Both the position numbers and the translations under genes were made by a program. A DNA stretch of 64,000 nucleotides from Heteronotia binoei. Its lineage: Eukaryota. Positions 39,075-49,636 of this stretch are shown here, piece after piece. Position 1 is the first letter of the stretch. The number at the start of each line of letters is the position of its first letter. The notes beneath the pieces are model-generated. The model searched no databases and had not been told where the DNA came from. It worked only from the letters and a program-made list of their open reading frames with translations. Location of the stretch: NCBI RefSeq assembly GCF_032191835.1, contig NC_083237.1:18910001-18974000 (forward strand), written 5' to 3'.

Positions 39075-39589
39075 GCTGGTGGGCCAGTGAGAAAGATGTA
39101 CAAGCGCTCCCTGTGGGACAGTAATGTACGATTAACCATGCACCTAAGGAATGAAAGATATATTAATGCTAAGGTTTGCAGATTTTTTTTTTTTTTTAGG
39201 ATTTTGATAAGGGAGGGAATATACACACACAAAAGATCCAGGATATCTGTATTTTAGTGTGTTCTTGCTGTGGGTTGGTTTATGAAAGTTCACCACCTGT
39301 TTCAACTTCAGCCAGCACCCCGCCACTGTCAGAAGCCCCTCATCCGTGATCTTAGGTGTTATATTACAATTATTATTTATCCTGCAGGGTTGGGGGTTTT
39401 GGGGGGGGGGGGTGGTTCTGGACGCAATCTGTTCCTGTGTAACAACTGCAAAAAAAATATTTATAGCAAGATGTGGGCTTGTGAGGAAGGAAGGCTGGAC
39501 TGTCCAAAGACGCTATTACACCTATGGTTTCCCCCTTCACATACTGCTTTTAAATCTATATATATTCCAGGGAAAACATGTGTCAAGAA

Positions 39590-39930
39590 AAGGCGGAAAT
39601 TGGAAATGACGCATGATACAGGCGGGCAGTTGCTCAAACGCTCACGCTTCCCGCCAAATTCAACCCTCCCCTTGGTTTAGCTAACGGGCGCACCTCGCGC
39701 CAGTCCCCCTCCGCTTTTCAAAGCTTCCCGCGCTTTCCTCTCCTAACGCTTCACCTGAGGCGCTCGGAAAATTAACGCAGGAGAGAGGAGGGGGCTCGGG
39801 TGGGCCGTACCATTGGTTGAAAGAAAGTGGGGTTCAATCAAGGAAATAAAATCGCCGCGTTAACTCCCCTCCCCCTCGCGTTGAGGACTTGTTTCCCTCG
39901 CCCTGCGTCTTCTTCACCCCACCCATGAAA
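39590..39930 (-). promoter_or_regulatory. CpG-rich proximal promoter candidate for CCNB1IP1
   Basis: CpG-rich patch 0.5-0.8 kb above the coding exon; CCAAT at 39812-39816; E2F-type TTCCCGCC at 39648 and TTCCCGCG at 39725; candidate donor CAG|GTGAAG at 39755. Confidence 0.6.
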
Positions 39931-40389
39931 TATTGCCGTCCCTTAGCTTCCAAAAAAGGCAGTTGCAAAGTCCACGCAAAACTGGTATAATCCAAAGCGA
40001 CATTTAAGTCCAGTTGAACAAAGTTAGAGTCCAGTGGCACCATTTACGACCAAGAAAGTTTTAATTCTGGGTATAAGATTTCGTCTGCATTGCACACCTC
40101 CTGCACACGAAATACCCAGATTTAAACTCTAGATCTTAAATGGTGCCACTGGACTCAAACTTCGTTCTATTGCTTCAAACAGGGCTACCCACCTGAATGT
40201 ATTTAAATCCAGTACTTGTTTTCCTTGCTGTAAGAAAACGTGTCTATGCACTAAAGCAGCATTTGCAACAAACCGGTGCTCAATTCTATTTAATTTTGAA
40301 AATCAAAATTATGGACCCTGCCCCAAGTAAAATCTAATTTTACAAGTTGAGAACATAATTCTTTTTGTAGTTGGTTATTAACAAAAAGA

Positions 40390-40878
40390 ACCCGGAGGCG
40401 CAGAGTGGTAAAGCTGCAGAACTGCAGTCCAAACTTCCTGCTCACGACCTGAGCTCGATCCCAGTGGAAGCTGGTTCAGGTAGCCGGCTCAGGTTGACTC
40501 AGCCTTCCATCCTTCCGAGGTCGGTAAAATGAGTATCCAGCTTTCTGGGGGGGAAGTGTAGATGACTGGGGAAGGCAATGTCAAGGAAGGAAAGGTCCCC
40601 TGTGCAAGTACCAGTCGTTTCCGACTCTGGGGTGACGTTGCTTTCAGGTTTTCACTGCAGACTTTTTACAGGGTGGTTTGCCATTGCCTTCCCCAGTCAT
40701 CTACGCTTTCCCTCCAGCAAGCTGGGTACTCGTTTTACCAACCTCCGAAGGATGGAAGGCTGATTCAACCTGGAGCCGGCTACCTGAAAACCCAGCTTCC
40801 TCTGGGGATCGAACTCAGGTTGTGAGAAGAGTTTAGGACTGCAGTACTGCAGCTTTAACACTCTGCACCACAGGGCTC
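40390..40878. mobile_element. Two Sauria SINEs tail-to-tail (40390-40578 +, 40585-40878 -)
   Basis: Two consensus matches in opposite orientation. Confidence 0.75.
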
Positions 40879-43595
40879 TTGCAATGGCAAAGCATGTAAA
40901 CAAGAAATCCCTAATAACAATCCCTAGCAATATAGTATCAGTCATAAAAATAGCATGCTTTTTATTTATTATTTTCAATTTATAGCCCGCCCTTTCCCAA
41001 ATGGGCTTTGGGCAGGTAACAACAGTGTATTAAAAGTGTATTAAGTTCTTAAACCTGTATCCCTAAAGGATAGAAATGTTAATGGAGTATATATATTTAA
41101 GTCATTTTCTTCTCCACATCTAATCAGACTTATTCAGGATGTATCAAATATGGGGGCTGCAACTTCTATAATTCTTGGGAAAGCAAAACTGCAGAACACA
41201 CCCTCAGGCAAACCTTATTTAGATGCATGTAGAATAAGTTTGGTTAACATTTACACCATATGAGTGTTTTCCATAAACCTCAGCACTGCCTTGATACAGA
41301 AGCTTCAAAGAGCATCTCTTCATTTTTTCAGTCTGTTGAACAAAAGATAAAGGGGGAAATGGATAGCAGAATATGCAACAAAGTTTAATTCAGGAGTGGC
41401 CAAACTACTTTATTAGAAGCAAAAGGCTTGAGGTGGGGGAAAGCAGAATACAGAGAAGGTTATCAAACATTGTTCTGCTAAGGGCTTTTCCCTGTTCGAA
41501 GCCTTAAGGATTCCAGATTCTCAGGTGTTTAAACTGCAATACTTAATGTTGCATATCCACAAAAATTAAAGAGTCCCCTTGAAACTTCATGGATGAAACC
41601 ATCCTGACCCAAAACAGTAAGAATGAACTGTTTTGTCCTCTAGTTCTACCAACTCTTTCAGGTCTTCAGTTAACACCTACCCTTCACCCCAGGAACCATA
41701 GTATCAAAAAAAGGAAACTGAAGACTGTAGGGGCTGAATATTGTACACTCACAAAACCTTTTTGCCCAAATTACACATGTTCCTTAAGGCTTAGAGCAAG
41801 CAAAGTTTAAGTCCATTGGCCACCTTTAAGACAAACAAAGTTTAATTCAGGTGTGACCAAACTTACTTAACATAAGAGTTACATAGAATAAATGTCAGAT
41901 GTCTGAAAGCCACAACAAGACATGAATGTCAAATATTTGAGCAGGGCCAGATCTAGGGGGGAGCAGAGGGGGTGCTTGCCCCGGGCGCTGACAGAGGGGG
42001 GGTGCCAAATTGGGTATGGAATCCATTGAATTCTATGGGGACCATAAGATAGAATGGCCCATAAGAGGGCATCATTTTTTAACCCCCCTCCCCTCAAAAA
42101 ACATGTAGATCCAATCCTGTGTTTGAGAGAAGGAAAGAAGGAAAATAGATAGGGGAGGAACATAAGAACATAAAAGAAGCCATGTTGAATCAGGCCAATG
42201 GCCCATTCAATCCAGCACTCTGTGTCACACAGTGGCCAAAAAAAGAGGCACCATCAGGACGTCCATCAGTGGGACCAGGACACCAGAAGTCCTCCCACTG
42301 TGCCCCCCCCAAGCACCAAGAATACAGAGCATCACTGCCCCAGACAGAGAATTCCAATAATATGCTGTGGCTAATAGCCACTGATGGACCTCTGCTCCAT
42401 ATGTTTATCCAATCCCCTCTTGAAGCTGTCTATGCTTGCAGCCGCCACCACCTCCTCTGGCAATGAATTCCATGTGTTAATCACAAAGAGAGAAGTGGAA
42501 AGAAAGCAACTTTAACTTTAAGTGCAAGTCACTTGGCTTGGCGAAATAATAAATAACTTGGCTTGGCAAAGTAATTTAAAAAGATATGCCTTCTCCAAGC
42601 TGGCCAACAGTGCGATAGGGGCTTCTAGAGTGACACAATGTGTGTGAAAGAGCCACGTGTGGCTCCCAAGCAACAGTTTGGCCACCCCTGGCTTAATTCT
42701 ATGTATAAGCTTTTTTGTGCATGTACACGAAAGGTTATACTCAGAATTAAACTTTATTCATCTTCAAGATGCCACTGGACTCAAATTTTGTTCTATTGCT
42801 TTATCCCCATGAATTTATCTTCTTGACAAGACAGGTGTCAAGATCTCTTGAGGTGAGGCAGCTGCCCTCTCCCAGGTGGTGGGACCCAAAGTTGCCAAGC
42901 CTGCCATAAATTGGCCCTTGCCCCACTGATAGATTTATCAGTGTTCCTCCACCCACATTCCAGACTGCGCTTGCTGCCAGGTTGCTCTGGGGAAGGGTGT
43001 ACATGTGGAGTATAACGGCAGCATTCCTGGCAGGCAGTCATGTTGAGATTCAGAACATGGACAGGAAATTTCTAAGAAAGTAGATGCCGCAGGTGGCAGA
43101 TTTCAGAATCAGATGTCTTGACAGCCTCTCTAGATTAGATTAGAGATTTGGGCTGCTTCCAAAAATCCCAAGGGGGATATTGAATTTGTGTTTCTCATTA
43201 AGCTAGTCTATTTTGCTCATATAGCATGCATTGCTTTGACTTGTCTCAGATACCTTAAGTGAGCTGGGGAGCACGTCTACAACTGTGTCAGGATATGATG
43301 TACTGCGGTGTTGTTTTGCTTAAATTGTATTTTCTCCTATTTTGAATGTTTAAGGTGTGTTGGGTCCCTGTTAAGGATAAAATAATTGAACAACTCCTAT
43401 AACTTCCCATTTTAAATATATCACAAACCATTTTGTCAGTACCCAATACATATCTATGTAGGGTAAATGCAGAAGACCCCCATGGGGCAGAGTGGTAAAG
43501 CTGCAGTACTGCAGTCCGAACTCTCTGCTCACGATCTGAGTTCGATCCCGGCAGAAGCTGGGTTCAGGTAGCCGGCTCCAAGTAGACTCAGCCTT

Positions 43596-44230
43596 TAGGC
43601 TTCCCAACCCTCCCGCCCTGGCGGGGGACTCCAGGATTTCCACCCTCTTCCCCCGCTCCCCCAAAAAATGGAAGCAGGGGGAGAGGGGGGAATGGCGCCA
43701 AGCCACCGGATCCTGGAGCCGGCGAGGCCACCGCGCCGCTGCCGCCCCCTCCCCACCCACCGCAGTTTCTCCTCCGAGATGAGCCCAGGCTGAGCCCATC
43801 TCGGTGGAGCAGCCAAGAGGCGGCAGCAGTGCAGGGGAGGGCGAGGCAGGCCAGGAGCATGGCGAGCCGCGAATCCGGGCCCTTCTAGGACCCGGACTTG
43901 CGGCTGGCCACGCTCCCGGGCCGCCTTCACACCCCCCCCTCTGCTTCTATCCCAGAGGTGGAGCGGGCGAGGCTGCCGCGCCGCTGCCGCCTCTACTCTG
44001 CTCGCCGTGGCTGCTCCTCCAAGATGGGCTCAGGCTGAGCCCATCTCAGAGGAGCAGCCACGGCGAGCGGAGCAGAGGCAGCAGCTGCGGGGCGGCTTGC
44101 CACGCTCCCCGGCGCTGTTTCCCCCCTCCCTCCTAGCTCCACCCCAGTGTCTCCTGGCTCCATCCCCAAAGTCTCCTGGCTCCACCCCCAAAGTCCCCAG
44201 ATATTTCTGGGGTTGGATTTGGCAACCCTA
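43596..44230. mobile_element. GC-rich hAT non-autonomous element inserted in a Sauria SINE (43475-43595 / 44231-44420)
   Basis: TAGGCTTCCCAA...TTGGCAACCCTA termini; 8-bp TSD TCAGCCTT; the SINE sequence resumes exactly after it. Confidence 0.85.
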
Positions 44231-45159
44231 TCAGCCTTCCATCCGTCTGAGGTTGGTAAAATGAGTATCCAGCTTGCTGGGGGGGGGGGAGTGTAGATGA
44301 CTGGGGAAGGCAATGGCAAACCACCCCGTAAAAAAGTCTGCCATGAAAACGTTGTGATGTGACGTCACCCCAGAGTCGAAAACGACTGATGCTTGCACAG
44401 GGGACTATCTTTATCTTTAGGGTTAATGCAAACAGAGAAAGGAGCAGAATCTCTGCCACTGACCCATCCCCACCTATATACGAGTTTTATGCGTGTGTAG
44501 ACTCTAACCTTTAGATCAGGAAACCTGAAAAAACACTGTTCCCTACAGCCAGGACAGAACTTAGGTGTGTATATTTCCACACAATAATGCTCTGAGCTAA
44601 TATTAGACTGAATCCGCACAGGCTGGGAGCAAGGCCACTTGGTGTGATCCTGCTCCCCCATACACACAGCATTGCCTGTATAGATGTCACAGTCTCTGTG
44701 TGTGCTTGTCATGTGTGTGCACGAGTAGCAGAGCTTTACATCCTAGCTTCAGCTGTCTGATCTGTACAATGTCCAGGCCTCAGATTCAGCAGGAGCTCAC
44801 AAGAGCGCAGTTCCTGAACCTTTCTGAAGGTTCCCCCTCTTCCTCTCCATCTACCTTGTCCATTGAATAGCAGGCGCAGCCGCATAACAATTCCTGGATT
44901 AGGAGAGGGGGCAGCCATCCAGCCATCAGGGGCTTTGCCACGCCCCCAGCAGCCCTCATTAACCCCTAGAGAAGCTTGCGTCACCCTTTCTCCATTTCTT
45001 ATGTGATTTTGGGCAGCGGGTGACTTGCTGGCCTTTTGACTGGGGGTGGGTGGCCCAGGAGAGTCCCGGGTGAGCTCTAGCCAGCCCAAGCAGCCCTCAC
45101 TCGCCCGGGGCTCTCCTTTCTTGTATCAAGTTGCTTTTGGCTGGGGGGGCATATGCTAA

Positions 45160-45624
45160 TAAGGTTGCCAATCCCCAGGTTTGGAGACCCTCCCCCCGCT
45201 TCAGGGTCGTCAGAAAGCGGGGGGGGGGGGAGAGAAATGTCTGCTGGGAACTCTATTATTCCCTATGGAGATTTATTCCCGTAGAAAGTCATGGAGAATT
45301 GATCCGTGGGTATCTGGGGCTCGGGGGGGGCTGTTTTAGGGGGTAGATGCACCAAATTTTCAGTATAGCATCTAGTGCCTCTCCCCAAAATACCCCCCAA
45401 GTTTCAAACAGATTGGACCAGGGGGTCCAATTCTATGAGCCCCAAAAGAAGGTGCCCCTATCTTTCATTATTTCCTATGGAAGGAAGGCTCTGAAAAGGT
45501 GTGCCGTCCCTTTAAATGTGACGGCCAGAACTCCCTTTGGAGTTCAATTATGCTTGTCACAGCCTTGATCTTGGCTCCACCCCAAAGTCCCCAGATATTT
45601 CTTGAATTGGACTTGGCAACCCTA
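45160..45624. mobile_element. hAT non-autonomous element (TAGGGTTGCCA family) nested in an older MITE (about 44754-45685)
   Basis: 8-bp TSD TATGCTAA; highly similar to 36367-36890. Confidence 0.85.
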
Positions 45625-48045
45625 TATGCTAATGAGTTATGCTAATGAGCTCCATCACCTATTTTCTACAAAACGACCCCTGACAATGTCTGTCTGAAAA
45701 CTCAATTAGATATTTGGCAAAATCACACTGTACAAGCCTTCCCTCCTCCCCTTAAAGCTTGGCAATATCTGAAATCAGATAGATGAATAGAATTGGTATG
45801 CATAAGAACTAGACGGCAAAAAATGCCTATATTTTAAAGATCATAGAATCATACAGGGTCATCTAGTCCAACCCCCTGTGCAAGATGTTGGAAAGCTTTT
45901 CTGGATTATTGTTTCTGTATGATTAGCATGAATATTGATTGGCTGGTTTCAGCCATTTTCCTTAGCTGAAACAGTGCTAGGGGGCATTTTGGAGCCCCAC
46001 TCCTCCCAGGTTTAGGAAAATTGGGGGGGGGGGGGAGAGCCCCTTTGCCCCACCCCTCCACAACATGATAAGTCCCAAGCCAAACCAGGCCCCTATAGCA
46101 TTGTTAAAAGGAATTGCCTATAGCATTGTTAAAAGGGTTTTGGTTATATCATCGGTTTTCTTCCTGATTATGCATGTTTTCTTATAACTGTGGATTGATT
46201 TCAGAGTTAATCCACAGTTATTCTGATTGCATAACGGTTTTTGAAATCTTTGACAGTTAATTAAAACAGTTCCTGAAACATTAGATTGTACTAGAGATTA
46301 AAAATTGTTTAGCCTTCCAATCTTGCTTAAAAGGAAAATTAGCACATATTAAATGTATTTTTAGATGCACCTGTTTGATTATCATCAGTAGTTAAGAACC
46401 AATTATTTACCTGGATGATGATCACATGTTTAAAATTTAGCATAAGATATGACTACAACTTTTCTATAAAAATGTGTTGCTGTGATAAGCAAATCAGATA
46501 TCTCTGATTCTTCTATCAGAAGAGCATAGGTGAGATTTCTTTGTGTGTGTGTGTGAGAGAGATAGAGACAGACAGACAGACACTTGGGTTTATAGAAAAA
46601 TTTGTATAGCAGTTTAAGACAATAACCTTGCATCTGATTTGCCTTATCTTATTTATTCAAATATGGTTGATAAATGTTAGATAATTTTGGCACTTATTTT
46701 TTGCAGTAGCTATAAGGGTTCATATTCTTGTATTTTCTAACATCTTGTCAATAAAAGATAGAATCTCTTTGAAGGTTTTCTGCCTGATTTGCTAATAATT
46801 GTTCAAAGAAGAGAACTCACAATTAATTTGTGAAAGCCTTGTAGCTTGTCTGTTTTCTTGTAGTTCCGAAGTTCTGAATCTATTGTGTTTCACAGATTCA
46901 GCCCCAACAAAAAGAAGTACTTGCTGTCAACTTCTAAATCATTTTTAGACCCTGCTTTGTACCAGTTATTTCCTTGCAGGGAAATCAGGCCACAGGTAAA
47001 TCAAGACACTACTTCTGACCCATTCCTTGCTGACTTCCTTTCAGAAAAAAAAAAATTAAGGCAAGGAGAGTGGGTTGGACAATTGAAAAAAGTGACTGAT
47101 GGATTTTTCCCTCCTTTGCCGCTATGAACATTCCAAATGCCAGCTATTTCACTAGAATTTTGCAGTTAAAAGAACTGGATTCCCTATCCTGTTTGGGGGT
47201 TGGGGGGGGGGGGTGTTCAACTTTGCAAATAGTGAGTTTGACGTGTAAAATTTGAATTTTGTCCAAAATTAGTTGTTTAGACAGTACGATAACTTTCAGA
47301 TTTGAAACAGAATGTGACCAGTAAGAATACAGAAAATGTCATACATTTTAAAATGCCTGTATTCTGATCCAGTCCACACTTGAGCCTTTTCAAACCTTCA
47401 TATCCAATGGCATGAATACGTGTAGGAGTGGGGGGCAGGCTGTTGCCAGCGCTGAACTATGTATATTTAGCGGAAGACTGGAACAGTCTACATGCATGCA
47501 CACATACTTGCGTAGGTTTCACTGCACATGATCAGGAACCCTGGGTTTTTAATCACATATAATTTTGTACCCATGAGCTCTGACCCAGGTGAGGGAGGTG
47601 AGGCCTGATGCCACAAGTCCACTTCCTCTCTCCACAGCTTTTCAGAAGGTTTCTGCCTCCTTTGCAGGAGAAAGGGTCCTGAAGGAGACAATTAGCTGGG
47701 TTTGGAAGAAATGTTTGATCCAAATAGCCCTTCCCCCACCCCAGAGCTCTTTAAGCGGAATTGGGATCTGAAGATATACACCTAATTCTCACACTCCTTG
47801 ATAGTATTTATTCCTTGGGTCTGGATTCCCCCTCATGCGCGCCCCCCCTGTTAAAAAAACTGATATATTCCCTGGCTTATGGAGGACACTAAGAATGCCC
47901 AGTCTTCACTAGACTGATGAGGCAGAAGTTTTTTAAAAATGTATCCTTCTAGTCATTTGGAACCTTTCGGTATTTAGTTTGTGAATGGCTCCATTTCACT
48001 GTCCTGCTGTACCAATTCACCATATCAATTTATGATACATTTATC

Positions 48046-48247
48046 CAGGGCTTTTTTTGAGCAGGAACACACAGGAACGCAGTTCCAGCTGGCTTGGCAT
48101 CAGGGGGTGTGGCCTAATATGCAAATGAATCCTTGCAGGGCTTTTTTCTACCAAAAAAAGTGCTATGTGGAACAATGGTGACATCAGGGGATGTGGCCTA
48201 ATATGCAAATGAGTTCCTGCTGGGCTTTTTCTACCAAAAAAGCCCTG
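48046..48247. mobile_element. hAT MITE (CAGGGCTTTTTT TIR)
   Basis: TIRs at both ends; two ATGCAAAT octamers inside. Confidence 0.8.
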
Positions 48248-48377
48248 CGCTTACCACCGCTGTATTTTCTCAGCTTGTTGCAATCACCTATTTTCCAGTA
48301 AACCAGGAAAAGCATTTGATTCCACTTGCATATCATTAATATTATATTGTTGTCGTCGCTTCCTAGGATCAAACACG

Positions 48378-49418
48378 ATGCCTCAAATACTCCACAAGAG
48401 CAAAGCGCCGGGAGTTGATTTCTGCGGGGTGGATGACTGTTATTACATTGTCCGCTCCGACCTGGGCTGCTACATGAGATCAAGCAACTTCAATGAGGGC
48501 AAGGACCTGGTAGTGTTTAACCTGCACAATTCTTGCCAGGGTGGAGATCACTACTTAGCCCACGAGGACAGCTTGTTCTACATCATCAAAGGAAACAACT
48601 ATCGCCGTGTCGCTAACATGAATAAGGATGAAGATGCTGTCGTGTACAGCCTTCACCCCAACTGTCAAGGAGGGGACCACTACCTCTCTGCCTTTGGAGC
48701 CTTCTACATTATTTTCCAAGGCAGATGTGTTTACCGCAGGGTCTCTAATATGAATACAGATGAAGATGCAGTTGAATACACCCTTCACCCAAATTGTCAG
48801 AACGGCCTTTATTACTGGGGTGTGAAGGATTACTACTACTTTGTGAAACCGCACGATGAATGGGGGATCCAGTACTTTAGGTGCACTAACTTCCATGAAA
48901 ACCTAGATGCTGTTACCTATTCCTTCCATGGGAGTGTGGTCCCCTTTCTCCCTGGAGGGCTGGCCATCGATAAAGGTTCAGCTTTTGGTAGATGGGAGGC
49001 CATCAAGACCATCTCCAACAACTCTGACAGTCCTATCCAGTGGAACAAGAAGATCACAAAGAAGGTGGGATACAACAAGATGCAGATGAACAGTGTGGAG
49101 CACAACTGGAAAATCAGCATGAGTGCCTCCTATCAGGCGGGGGCCCTCACTGAAGCCATTGCCAAGTACCAGTTCTCCCTCTCAGCCGAATATGGAGGAA
49201 GCGCTGTCCAAACCCAGCAGGAAGACTGGAGCGAAGCCACAGAGATGGAAGAATCTGTTCATGTGAACCTGCAGCCCAAAAGCCAGATGTACATATGGCA
49301 ATACCAACTGGGCTTTGGCAAGCAGCCTGTCTTGTTCTGCCGTGACCTGATGTTTACTAATGATTCCACTCCGCCCACAACAGTTCCATTGCCGCCTTCC
49401 AGCACATCAGCACGTTAA
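48378..49418 (+). CDS. Uncharacterised 346-aa protein: four ~44-aa repeats (probable beta-propeller) plus putative aerolysin/lysenin-type beta-pore-forming domain
   Basis: 1041-nt stop-free ORF; splice acceptor ttcctag| 11 nt before the ATG; tandem AATAAA about 205 nt after the stop; internal repeats GDHY...FYII...YRRV.NMN.DEDAV.Y.LHPNCQ; alternating Ser/hydrophobic hairpin at aa 244-274. High confidence that it is a gene; the product call is an inference. Confidence 0.85.
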   Translation: MPQILHKSKAPGVDFCGVDDCYYIVRSDLGCYMRSSNFNEGKDLVVFNLHNSCQGGDHYLAHEDSLFYIIKGNNYRRVANMNKDEDAVVYSLHPNCQGGDHYLSAFGAFYIIFQGRCVYRRVSNMNTDEDAVEYTLHPNCQNGLYYWGVKDYYYFVKPHDEWGIQYFRCTNFHENLDAVTYSFHGSVVPFLPGGLAIDKGSAFGRWEAIKTISNNSDSPIQWNKKITKKVGYNKMQMNSVEHNWKISMSASYQAGALTEAIAKYQFSLSAEYGGSAVQTQQEDWSEATEMEESVHVNLQPKSQMYIWQYQLGFGKQPVLFCRDLMFTNDSTPPTTVPLPPSSTSAR

Positions 49419-49623
49419 AGTCAAGTCCAAATCAGTAGTTTGATCAGGAACTAGGGCTGCCAGATCATCCTAAATCCCTGTATCTGTAAGGTGGGGGGTA
49501 CTGTTATCATAGGATGGGGCTTGGTGATGCACACTGAACATCTGCATTAATAGGTATGTACACCTCGTGGTATATATGTGTAGACACAATCATGTGACTC
49601 TGAAGACATGGGCTGTTTCTCAG

Positions 49624-49636
49624 AATAAAAAATAAA
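49624..49636 (+). terminator. Tandem polyadenylation signals of the 48378-49418 gene
   Basis: AATAAA at 49624-49629 and 49631-49636. Confidence 0.7.

Noticed and set aside
43371-44459. Cluster of overlapping 85-140 aa ORFs on both strands
   Set aside because: They arise from a GC-rich hAT element and a SINE; low-complexity translations with no domain pattern.
46184-46221. 15-bp-stem hairpin and a nearby 20-bp direct repeat (about 46092-46136)
   Set aside because: Stem too short for a miRNA precursor, no Helitron CTRR end; probably part of a decayed DNA transposon.
47821-47831. NF-kB-like GGGGAATCCA near the pore-forming candidate
   Set aside because: Imperfect single match; insufficient on its own.
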